Assembly: GCA_965218095.1 (NCBI GenBank)
Contig: OZ244587.1
Span: forward strand, 544,001 to 608,000
From: Candidatus Poribacteria bacterium
GTDB taxonomy: Bacteria; Poribacteria; WGA-4E; PCPOR2b
DNA: 64,000 nucleotides
Reading direction: 5' to 3'
Below are positions 50,533-60,641 of the stretch, piece by piece; positions within the stretch are counted from its first letter, which is position 1, and every line of letters begins with the position of its first letter. Both the position numbers and the translations under genes were made by a program. Below the pieces are notes generated by a model. It had not been told where the DNA came from. It saw only the letters and a list, made by a program, of their open reading frames with translations, and ran no database searches.

Positions 50533-50698
50533 TCCTAACTCTATGCAGTTGACAGCGGAGGCTGTGCTTTTATGGATGCTTTTGAGGTTGTGGTGGGTTT
50601 CGGTTTGTCGAACAGTTTTCGGCGAATCCCCGCCCCCGATAGATCGAGGGTAGGCTGTGCTCGTCCGAGAATCGGACAACTGAACTTGAGGCTTCGAC
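50533..50698 (+). other. Solo, decayed attC (family B) on the opposite strand
   Basis: TCCTAAC..TGCAGTTGAC..GGGTTTCGGTTTGTCGAACAGTTTTCGGC..GGACAACTGAACTT aligns with the reverse complements of 24252-24399 and 31719-31864. Confidence 0.75.
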
Positions 50699-50856
50699 GG
50701 CTCTTCTCCCGGGCATTGGGTAGTGAAGAGCCTTCACTACAGAATTGAAACGGAGAAGTTACCCCCGATGGTCAACAATGCAATCGACCTGCTAGATTCG
50801 ATTCCGTACTGGAGTGAAAGGGTAGCCAAACCGTAAACACAAGGGAGAGACAATCC

Positions 50857-52023
50857 ATGAAGATCAAAGATGTTCGCGCCATAGAAATCGAACTAAATCC
50901 AAAACCAAAGACGCCCCCTCGTCAACCCAGCCGGGCTGGAATGTTTAAGTTGAATCGGCCCATTGACCGTTATCTTAGGCCCGGAAATGAGCCGGGGTAT
51001 GTCTCTTATGTAGAATGGAAGCGACCTGCTTGTATTGTTACAGCGGAGGATGGTACCTGGGGGTTCGGCATTTCTGTTCATGGCGGCCCGGTGACCCGAA
51101 TCATCAATGATCATTTTGCCCCTCATTTGATGGGGGAAAATTGCATGGCGACCGAAAAATTGTGGGACATGATGGTCCGATCGTCAGCAGGCTTTGGTGC
51201 AACCGGCTTGACCAGTTACGCCATCAGCGCGGTCGATTGCGCTTTGTGGGATCTCAAAGGCAAGATTTTGGGGCGACCTGTTTACGAACTGTTGGGTGGC
51301 CCGCAGAAGGAGAAGATTTTTTGCTACGCCTCTGGCTTCGATCAGGAATGGTATATGGAGCTTGGCTTTAAAGCGACAAAGTTATTCACTCCCTACGGCC
51401 CGGAACATGGGCTAGGGGGCATGAAAAAGCTCGAAGAACTGGTCGCCAAAACGCGAGACGTGATAGGCGATGAAGTTGAATTAGCGTTGGATTCCTGGAC
51501 GGCCTTTGATGTTGAACATATGGTCCGTATAGCCGAAACCATGAAACCCTACCGCTTAAAGTGGATGGAGGATTACATCTCTGCGGATGACCTGGTTGGC
51601 TACGAGGCGGTTCGTCAGCGCATTCCCTGGCAAACGCTCGCTACAGGTGAGCACTGGTACATGCCAACGGTCTTTGCAGCGGCCGCTGGCCAGCGGCTGG
51701 TCGACATTTTCCAGCCGGATGTTTTGTGGTGTGGTGGCATTACGGCGGCGGTCAAAATTTGCCACATTGCCGAAGCGAATGGCATCTCCGTGATTACCCA
51801 CGGGGGAATGAACTATCCTTATGGCCAACATCTGGGCTTTGCCATGCCTGCTGTCGTTTGGGGCGAACGTTCCGAGGGGGTATCTGCGCCCGGTGTGCCT
51901 CTGGAAGAGATGGTCAAGCTGCCCGGCACGTCAGTCATCAAAGATGGATATGTTGCGCCGAGCGACGCCCCAGGTTTTGGCCTCGAAATTGACGAAGCCT
52001 GGATAGAGGGCGTGGTTGCGTGA
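50857..52023 (+). CDS. Enolase-superfamily (mandelate racemase) acid-sugar dehydratase, L-rhamnonate dehydratase-like
   Basis: SAVDCALWDLKGK..PVYELLGG, KWMED, TGEH, QPD. Confidence 0.88.
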   Translation: MKIKDVRAIEIELNPKPKTPPRQPSRAGMFKLNRPIDRYLRPGNEPGYVSYVEWKRPACIVTAEDGTWGFGISVHGGPVTRIINDHFAPHLMGENCMATEKLWDMMVRSSAGFGATGLTSYAISAVDCALWDLKGKILGRPVYELLGGPQKEKIFCYASGFDQEWYMELGFKATKLFTPYGPEHGLGGMKKLEELVAKTRDVIGDEVELALDSWTAFDVEHMVRIAETMKPYRLKWMEDYISADDLVGYEAVRQRIPWQTLATGEHWYMPTVFAAAAGQRLVDIFQPDVLWCGGITAAVKICHIAEANGISVITHGGMNYPYGQHLGFAMPAVVWGERSEGVSAPGVPLEEMVKLPGTSVIKDGYVAPSDAPGFGLEIDEAWIEGVVA

Positions 52024-52029
52024 GTGCTA

Positions 52030-52849
52030 GGTTCTGTTGACATTTCAACGGAGCCATATAAGAGTGGAGACAAAGCTGAGAAATCCAAAATAACAGACAG
52101 CTAGCTTCTCAAACCGAGAGAAGATACGACGATACCATTTTATCTTGTTGATGAAACATTCAACCCGATGTCTCTCTTTGTATAAGTGTTTGTCATACGT
52201 TCTTTGGTCAACACGATGACTTTTGGGCGGTATCACCGCAATCGCTCCATTCGCCTCAATAACCGCGATAAAAGCGTCCGAATCGTACCCCTTGTCTCCA
52301 ATCACATATTCACTGTTATATCCGATTATCAACCCTTCCGCCTCAGTTATGTCATGTCTCTGACCGGGTGTCAGATGAATTCTTAGGGAATTGCCTAGTC
52401 CGTTAACTGTGATGTGATTTTTTGTACTGAAACCGCCCCGAGACCGACCTAATGCTTGGTTTTCAATCCCACCGTTTTTTTTAAGGCGCCCGCCGCACAC
52501 GGGTGAGCGCGGCAGATGGTACTGTCCACAATAAGCGACTCGATATCGGGGTCAGAGGCAAAGTGGGAGTGCATCTGTGTGAAGATACCTTTGTCGCACC
52601 ATCGAGCAAACCGCTTGTAGCGGGTGTTCCATTTGCCATAGGTGTCTGGTAGAAGTCTCCATTGAGCCCCGCTACGAGTCACCCACAGAACTGCTTCGAC
52701 GAAGCGGCGTGTAGCAGCTTCGTCGCCAACATAGATGGTGGGACAGCTAAGAAGAAACCGGTATATCTTATTCCATTGGTCATCAGGTAAGGTTATTGGC
52801 GTCATTCTTCTATTATGCCACAACCTTATACTCAAATGTCAACAGAACC
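52030..52849 (-). mobile_element. IS5-family element copy 3
   Basis: TIR GGTTCTGTTGACATTT with TA flanks, 820 bp; ORFs 52045-52500 and 52449-52835. Confidence 0.93.
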
Positions 52850-52867
52850 TAGTACCTCGTGACGTTT

Positions 52868-52913
52868 GTAGTGGCGACTTCAGTCGCTTTCAGAGCGAAA
52901 AATTTGCCACTAC
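52868..52913. repeat. GTAG-type REP-like palindrome
   Basis: GTAGTGGCGACTTCAGTCGC..GCCACTAC. Confidence 0.6.
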
Positions 52914-52988
52914 GTCCGTGTGCAATGCTCTGTCTAGGCCGCGTGGCTTGAGGCGTCGAGCCAAGACTCGAAATTGCACAGTCAATCC

Positions 52989-54017
52989 TCACACGACCGC
53001 CAGCGCCGCGAGCAGGGCTTTGATGTACCCGACCGAATAAGCCAGCGCCTGCCCCTGGTCCGAGCCGTCCGTGCCTGGTATCAAGTGATAAGTGGCCATT
53101 GATGTCGCCAGCGCCTGGTCCGAACCATCCCCCTCCAGCCGGGGATAATGGTCGGGATTGACGCATCCGTCGAAACCGACCCGCCGCAGCTCCAACATAA
53201 TCTTGAACATGTTCATGTCGCCATCGTCTAGCAGGACTTCCTCGAAACCACCGGCGGTGGCAAGACTGCCACGGACGTTTCGGAAGTGGACCTCGAAAAT
53301 GCGCCCTTTGCGGCCGTAGTTGTGGATCTCGTCTAGCACCAGGGAGCTTCCGCCGGCCTCGGCCCGGGTGCCACAGCAGTAAAGATAGCCGACGCAGCGG
53401 CTAGGAAAGGCATCAATGATGCGGTGGAAGCCCAGGCTGCCCAGGGGAGCATCGGCATTCGGCGTGTCGGAAGGGTGCATCATCAGCTTCACGCCATACT
53501 CTTCGGCGACGGGTACCAGTTTTTCGTAGGCGACGCAGAGACGCTGCCACCAGAACTCCAGTTCCTCCAGCGGCGGAGGCGGAGACTTGTCTTCGGCCAG
53601 AGCCAGGCTCTCTCCCCGCTGGAGATAGCCGCCCCGGTGCACTGCCTCGTAGCGTTTGTTCATCCAGGGAAAGGTGTCGTTGGCAAAGATTACCCGGGCT
53701 AGCGGCGCGCCGGCCTCTCCAAGTACCTGCAGAGACTTGCAGCAGTTGTCCAATTCTTCATCAGCGCCTTCGTGGTCTTTCATGAACTTCTCGGACAGCG
53801 GGGGCAAACTGACCCGGTTAATGTCCAGTCCCCAGGAGCAAACCCTCTTTTTGATCTTGAGGAGCTCGTCCAGATCGAAGTAACCCTTTTCCGGTTCCAT
53901 AGGGACCTCAATGCCGTCTATGCAGTCTGCGCCCAACTGGGTGACTTTACGCAGGTAGGAATCGGAAAGGTTTTGGGCCCACACGGCTATTCTTATCATC
54001 ACTTTTACCTCCGTCAT
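52989..54017 (-). CDS. uxuA: Mannonate dehydratase-family protein
   Basis: LVPVAEEYGVKLMMHPSD, VHFRNVRG, DDGDMNM, PDHYP, AYSVGYIKAL. Confidence 0.8.
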   Translation of the reverse strand: MTEVKVMIRIAVWAQNLSDSYLRKVTQLGADCIDGIEVPMEPEKGYFDLDELLKIKKRVCSWGLDINRVSLPPLSEKFMKDHEGADEELDNCCKSLQVLGEAGAPLARVIFANDTFPWMNKRYEAVHRGGYLQRGESLALAEDKSPPPPLEELEFWWQRLCVAYEKLVPVAEEYGVKLMMHPSDTPNADAPLGSLGFHRIIDAFPSRCVGYLYCCGTRAEAGGSSLVLDEIHNYGRKGRIFEVHFRNVRGSLATAGGFEEVLLDDGDMNMFKIMLELRRVGFDGCVNPDHYPRLEGDGSDQALATSMATYHLIPGTDGSDQGQALAYSVGYIKALLAALAVV

Positions 54018-54077
54018 GGTGGTTGTGTGCGCTATGTGTCTTGAATATGGACACTATTGTCAACATTTTTATAGTCT

Positions 54078-54173
54078 TTAGAACGGTCTGGCTGAACCGC
54101 GTCCGCCCATGATATCGCTAAGAATTTCCGAAATGCAAACAGGGCAGACGTCGGCTCCATCCTGTTGTTAGGT
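54078..54173 (-). other. Isolated attC site
   Basis: ACCTAAC-AACAG-GATGGAGCCGACGTCTGCCC..GGGCGGACGCGGTTCAGC-CAGACC-GTTCTAA. Confidence 0.72.
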
Positions 54174-54219
54174 AGCTTCCCCCTTCGGCTTCCTTATCAA
54201 TCTGAATAAGGATACTATA

Positions 54220-56671
54220 GTGCGCCTCTGAGTAACTAAATGCAATGATGGTATGATTCCATCAATGGTAGCTTACAACCATAAGCCTCACCTTAACTGC
54301 GTTGCCAGAAATAGCAGGGTGGGAAGCAAAGGGACATGGCACATTCCTGTGAGGGAAGGTAGACCCTTGAAATCGGAACGTCAGGCTGAAGATGATAAGG
54401 TTAAAACGAAAGTTGAACTGATGCTTGAAGCCTCGTTACCTTAAAACAGGTTAATCTACAAGTAGGAGCCTATAACTAATAAAGTACAAGCATAGGATAG
54501 GTGCTTATAGTTCACATAACAAAAGGGGATATGTTGAAACTTCATATTCCTAGTAAGCCAACGCTTCGGGGTAGAATCAGAACCTAAGTCATCTACAAAC
54601 TTGCATTCAGTGAGATTAGAGGAATCCCTAAGTCAGCTCAATAGAGAAGATATGGGAGAGGAGATTGGATAGGATATTATGGTTGACCAACACGTTATAA
54701 CCATGAAATATCCAAGTACAATCAGAGTCAGCACTTTGAAAAGGATAACAATGGATTTCACCACAACCGATGAAAATCAAGTAAATACTTGTCAAACGAG
54801 TGGCTTTGGCATATTCTCACCTGAGAATATACGCTCATGTCAGAAATATGTCCAAACTATCCAATGTCGTCTGGACAAAGCGGTTGCAAATGATGATAAG
54901 TCCAAAATTCGATGGTACACGCATCTACTGAGTATGAAGTCAAGAGCAGTGAAAATCATTGCCATATACAATATATGCCAAGTTAATAAAGGCAAATATA
55001 CAACAGGCACTGATGGTATCTCAATGCCCAAAGATAGGGACAATAGGATTCAAGTGATGGAAAACCTCTTAAAGGATATAGACATTACTAAGAAGCCACA
55101 ACCTATCAGAAGGGTATATATTCCAAAGCCTAATGGCAAATTAAGACCACTAGGCATACCCACCATCTCTGACAGAATTACTCAGGAAATCATCAGACAG
55201 ACAATAGAACCTATCTGTGAATACCACTTCCTTCCATGCAGTTATGGATTCAGACCAAAACGAAGCTGTCATGATGCAATAGAAGGCTTACATAAGAAGT
55301 TAGCCAAAAGGCAGGCTTCAAGATGGGTCATAGAAGGGGATATTGAAGGGTACTTTGACAACATTAGCCACAACCACATCTTAGTAACCCTAGAGAAATG
55401 GCACACTCCATGATCTCTGACGAAAATCATCAAGGAAATGTTGAAGGCAAACATCATGAAAGACATGGAGCTAACTCCAACATCTGCAGGAACACCACAC
55501 AGGGAGGAGTCATTAGTCCCATGCTCGCCAATGTTGCACTCACATGCCTTGATGAATTGACATTAGAATATGCGATTGGTAAAGGGTCTAACCCTATTGT
55601 CAGATATGCTGATGATTTTATAATCACCGTCAAAAGTGAAGAAAAAGCATTAGCAATCAAGTCTCATATCAAGGAGTACCTAAAAGATGCCACAAATCTA
55701 ACACTATCAGATGATAAAACTCGAATCACTGAAATCAGTGAAGGTTTTGACTTCTTAGGATTCAACACTAGGAAATACAAAGATAAACTGCTGATTAAAC
55801 CATCTAAAGCAAATGTGGAAAAGTTCAAGTTAAATGTTAAAAAGGTTATCAAAATAACGGATGACCCTATAGAACTAATCCACAAACTTAATCCAATAAT
55901 CAGAGGGTGGGGAAACTACTATCGCCATGTAGTGTCTAAAGATACTTTTGATTATCTTGGAAAAATACTCTGGCAGAACACCAGTAAATGGTGTAGGAAA
56001 CGACACCCAAGAGGCAATGGACATTGGATTAAACAATACTACAAGATGGATAGAGGAAACAGATGGAGATTCAGTTATGAAGGTGCTATAATGGATAATA
56101 TCTATAGCATACCAATAAGGAGATTCATCAAAGTCCGCAGTGATAAAAGAGTTTATGATGCAAGTGACAAAGAGTACTGGGATACCCGTGAGTACGTTAA
56201 TGCTAAGAATAGCATCTATGGCTCAATAGAAACAAAGACGCTGTTCTACAAACAACGTGGTAAATGTGGGTATTGTGTACACCCAATCACAGACACTCAG
56301 GTGAGAGATAACACAATATATAAACATCACATGAAGCCAAGAAGTGAGAACGGGGACTGGAAGTTAGGCAACCTAAGACTCCTCCACGCAGATTGCCATA
56401 CCTCGCTTCATAGTATGTACTCACGCAAAGAAATGGCTGACCTCATGGACAAAGGTATAGATTACCTTCGCCTCATGAAGCCAGCCAAGTAGTAGCAGGG
56501 AGTTAATTACCACTATGCCTATTAGCAACTTTAAGGAGAACCTCAAAGAAAGGGGTAATTACCAATAAAAAGTCATATCATCATTTTTGACTGGGCAAGC
56601 CGTATGCGGTGAAAGTCGCACGTACGGTTTAGATGGGGGGAAAATTCCGCAAGGAATCTACCTATCCATAC
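54220..56671 (+). mobile_element. Group II intron (IIB type)
   Basis: 5' GTGCG; 34-nt domain V AAGCCGTATGCGGTGAAAGTCGCACGTACGGTTT with AGC triad; 3' AC; EBS1 TATAGT (54506) pairs with IBS1 ACTATA (54214); EBS2 CCTTA (54439) pairs with TAAGG (54207). Confidence 0.93.
54679..56492 (+). pseudogene. ltrA: Group II intron RT/maturase with HNH endonuclease, frameshifted
   Basis: RPLGIPTISDR, SYGFRPKRSCHDA, QGGVISPML, RYADDF, GFDFLGF, IRGWGNYY, C-terminal CGYC..HH..NLRLLHADCH; split near 55490. Confidence 0.9.
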
Positions 56672-56680
56672 TGAGAGCCA

Positions 56681-56908
56681 TCAGTTTGTTCTCAGTACGC
56701 AGGTTGTATTCTTTACAAGCACGACCGTACCAGTGGGAATATGCGTAACCCTGACGGCAGCGACATTGGGGTCAACACATTCAAAGTAATCAACGCGGTC
56801 GGAAGGGGCGGCACGAAACATGTCAATTCGTACATCCTGTGGGTCAAGTAGATTGGAAATCGCCTCGGAAAGGTCAAGATAAAAACGTCTCACAGATTTA
56901 TCTATCAA
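56681..56908 (-). pseudogene. Peptide-chain release factor (RF-1 domain)-like small protein lacking GGQ
   Basis: DVRIDMFRA..AVRVTHIPTGTVV; continuation CKEYNLRTENKLMAL in a shifted frame up to the intron. Confidence 0.6.
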
Positions 56909-56957
56909 TGCTGACTCCTCATCGAAAATTCGTGGGGTTCATACACTTTCTACTTTT

Positions 56958-57761
56958 CTAGCGGAAGCCCCACTCGATGAGTGGCTTCACCACCTGCTGC
57001 CGGCGCGGATGCGTACCGGCTAAAAACTCGGGGTAGTAGACCTGATGTGTCGAATAGAAGGGATTATTCCCTTGATACTTCAGATGGCCCTCATACAAAC
57101 CCTGATGGAAGGCGCGATGGGCTTCCAGCGTGGGCTTGCTGGCAAAGTTGAGGGTAAACATCCGCCGCCGGGAACCGCCGCCGAAGGATGCGTGATAGAG
57201 AAACTGGTCGAAGAACACCACGTTCCCTGGATGCGTTTCGATGGCGTAGGCCGGAATCTGCTCCCCAGTGAGGCCAAAGGGATACCGGGGTGGATTTTCC
57301 CGATGCTAGTACAGGACTTTCAACTCTGTCCACAATGGTTCCCGATGGGAGCCCGGTATCACACGCAAACAGCCCGAATGCCGCCTAACGGAATCGAGAT
57401 AAAACGCGATTTTGATGACGTTGCATGCCGGGATACGTGTGCCCATATCTGAATGCCAGGAACCGTCACCCACGTAGTAATTCCCGTCTCCGGCGATCCA
57501 GATGAAGCCGGGTCCGAGTAGGTCTTCAGTCACGTAGAAGATCCGGTCGTCTTCGATCAATCGGGAGAGGGCGGGACGGTGCTCGATTAAACTGAGGAGC
57601 ATCTGCCGCCGTTCGCCGGTAAAAGGTTTCCCCTCCCGCACCTCCTCCATGACCTCATCGAAGAGCCGACTGATTTCCGCCATCTCGCCAGGTGAAAAAC
57701 ACTGGCGCATCAGCAGAAACCCGAAGGTATCGAAATGAGCTTTCTGTTCTGATGTGAGCAT
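56958..57761 (-). pseudogene. PhyH-family dioxygenase, frameshifted
   Basis: FDTFGFL, WHSD, GCLRVIPGSH; second frame VFFDQFLYHASFGG..RRMF. Confidence 0.8.
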
Positions 57762-58049
57762 TGGTCTCTCCTAAAACTATAATAAATGTAATGGTCGATA
57801 GGATGATAGACACTTTTGCTTGGTAAATCCAAGCCGCAAATTGTCTGCCATCTTCCTGACCAATACAGTGTTTATCGATTTCCTCTCCCCCTCATGAGTT
57901 CAGGGGCGGACAGTTTTTTCAATTTCAGCGTTGATTCTAGTGAGGAGTCGCATAGAATTTCCCCCCAGAATTAGGGGTTAGGGGAGCGATTTCTGCGCTG
58001 CCTCTCCATATACCCTCATCTCCAATGCCTCCCCCTCTTCGCTGCCTTT

Positions 58050-59205
58050 TCACTCGACTTGCCAGCGGATACACATGCCGGCTCCGGTCATTGTCACGAT
58101 GGTGTCGTCTTCGAGGACGATGCTGGAGGCATAGCCACCGCCAACACCCCTTTGGTGTGAACCTAAAACAGTGCCCCCGGCAAGGGTCAGATTGTAGACC
58201 TCCGAGGTCCATGTGTTGCCTTTATCGTGGCTGACACGGGCAAGGACCTGCTGCCGCTCGTAGGGGTAGCGGTGGTCGTATGTCAGGATCAGGGTTCCGT
58301 CGGACAACTGAGATAGTTCGCCGTGGCACTCCCCGAACGCCAGGTCTGCGTCCTCATCTGGCGTCTGTCTGACAGGCCGAAAGTCGATCCACGTACGCCC
58401 ATCGTCCTCTGAGTCAGCCAGAAAGACACGCTTGCCGAAAGCAGCCAAAGGCGTATCCAGTTTTATGAGAGGCTGGTACCGTATGGCAGCGATGAGCCGC
58501 CCGGAATGGAGCCGCAGGATGGTTGTCTCAAAAGATCAATCCGGCAAAGGGTTCCTGTCTCCCCATGTGCGTCCACCGTCCGTTGACCTGAAAACGTAAG
58601 TGTTGGTAAAGGCGAAACTTCCAGGGCTTGTCCGGATGTTTCGAGTTTCTCTCTTTTTCTCTCGAACTCGTCCGGAGTCAGACCGGGCCGCTGGGGCCAG
58701 AGCATGGTCCTGTCCGGAAGTTCGGTCATCCGGTTCGAGCAATTTCCGACAGATGGAAAAGGCGACTTGTCGAGCTTCGCAGGTCCCTCCCAGGTCTCGC
58801 CGGCGTCTTCGCTGCGGATGACATAACACTCCTTTTCCAAGCCAGCTACGTCTTGTTCGAATGCCCACAGCAGAGCGCTGTCCTTCAGAACCCCAAATGA
58901 TTGGTTTCTCATCGTCCAGCGATAGCCCCAAAAGCGAAATTTCAGCGAGTCCCGTGCGACGGAATGGTAAAAAACTGCCACCAATCCAGCCGCTTCTCCG
59001 ACCAACTACGCCCGCCATCTGTAGAAGCCAATAAAACGCTTTCAAGCCCGGGTCCTCCCGTAGCAAACCCGGCGTAAAGGATCCTGTCATCTGTCATGCC
59101 GATGGGGGCGCCCCTACCGAAGGGGATCGGGATGAACTCGGCGGGGACCGTTCGGAGGGCGTCCCCATCCACTGTCACATTGATCTCGCCTGCTTCTAAG
59201 CGCAT
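58050..59205 (-). pseudogene. BNR/Asp-box sialidase-like gene with several frameshifts
   Basis: Asp boxes STDGGRSW, SEDAGETW, STDGGRTW, SEDDGRTW and SHDKGNTW spread across four ORF-track fragments. Confidence 0.8.
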
Positions 59206-59379
59206 ATCTTCACCTCTGCAATGCCTACTGAACTATCCACTAGCCTATTGGACAGATCATGATGTGAAAAAATTCGGGCTGAACAACGCGTGAGGATTCG
59301 GCATAAAATTTTAGGATTTTTCTGGAGGATAATCCTGTCGAAAAATTTCTAAAACCTGATACAATTAAGTGAATTAAGT

Positions 59380-60488
59380 GAGGGGTGTGCATAAATATAG
59401 TTGACATAATCAAGCCAAAAGGGTTTCCTATTGTTATCATAGCAAAAGGAGCCCCAATATGGTACAAAGACCAATGTTGGCTGATTATGTCACTCTTATT
59501 ATGCAACTCTTTGAGCAGTTTATGCAACACCGTATTGACAAACCAGGTGTCACACACGCAAAACCATTGACATATTCAACCACCTCGTTTATCATTTTCT
59601 TCATGTTGATGCAGTTTCACGGCATCTATGGCTTCAAAACGCAATGGCGGTGGCTAATCAATCACCCAGAAGTGTTACAAATGCTGGGGTGGCAACAGCC
59701 CCCTCATCGAACCACGATTGCACGTCGCTATAAGGCATTATATGAAGTGATAGAGGCATTTGTATTGTTTATCGGTCAGTATGCCACTGACTTGTCCCAA
59801 CAATTCAACTTGGCTCATCTGGTAGCCGACAAAAGTTTATTTAAGGCACGAGGACCCGTCTGGCATCAAACTGACCGCAAAGCAGGAAAAGTACCTAAAC
59901 ATCTACGCAACCTCGACACCGATGCCACGTGGAGCAAGAGTGGTTATCATGGCTGGGTCTATGGCTACGGACTTCACATTATCTGCACACAAGGTGCGTT
60001 CCCAACACTGATAACTGTGCACCGTGCGTCGGTCTCCGAAAGTTGGGCGATAGATGCTAAAGCGTCTGAGATTCTGACACAACTTTCACCGCAGACACTC
60101 ACTGCCGATGATGCCTATACCCAAGCAGACCGTATCCGTCGTTGGGCGAAGGCACAAGTCGCTTTGATTACCCCGGCACTTAGATGGACAAAGGGACGGT
60201 TTGCCAAGGCGTATCATCGATTTATCAACCAACCCAAGCAGCGTCTCTGTTTAAGCAAACGTCGCAGTTCGGTTGAACCGTTGTTTGACTTGATTGCTAA
60301 AGTGATAGGCACCACTCCTCAACAGAAGCAGTTACCGGTCAAGGGGTTTTTCAATGTACGCTGTTGTTTAGCTATCGGGGTGTTATCAGTGCAAGTGGCT
60401 ATGATTGCCAATGCCATATGGAAGTTACCTGCTCGCAATATCTCTCATATGGCGGCTGTTTTCCAATGAACTACTATGCACACCCCTC
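59380..60488 (+). mobile_element. IS element related to 1384-2488; transposase 59459-60469
   Basis: TIR GAGGGGTGTGCATA / TATGCACACCCCTC; 8-bp TSD AATTAAGT; DKSLFKA, DTDATWSKS..GWVYGYGLH. Confidence 0.92.
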
Positions 60489-60641
60489 AATTAAGTAAAC
60501 CTCGCCCTTTAGGGCGGAGAGGAATTGCCTAACTTTTAACTGACTCACTTTTCAACCGATTTGGACGGGGTAATAATCCTCGTCCCAAATCGGAAAACTT
60601 TAGCACACTTTAGTGACACTTTAGGCACTTTGTTTAAGCAC

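Noticed and set aside
54191-54224. Group IIC or IIC-attC intron inserted after a hairpin
   Set aside because: 34-nt domain V with AGC triad, an EBS2 and an endonuclease domain indicate IIB; the insertion lies outside the attC
54679-56492. RT as a DGR, retron or defence RT (for example diversifying the TPR gene)
   Set aside because: YADD motif, maturase and HNH domains, domain V/VI and EBS-IBS pairing identify a group II intron; no TR/VR pair seen
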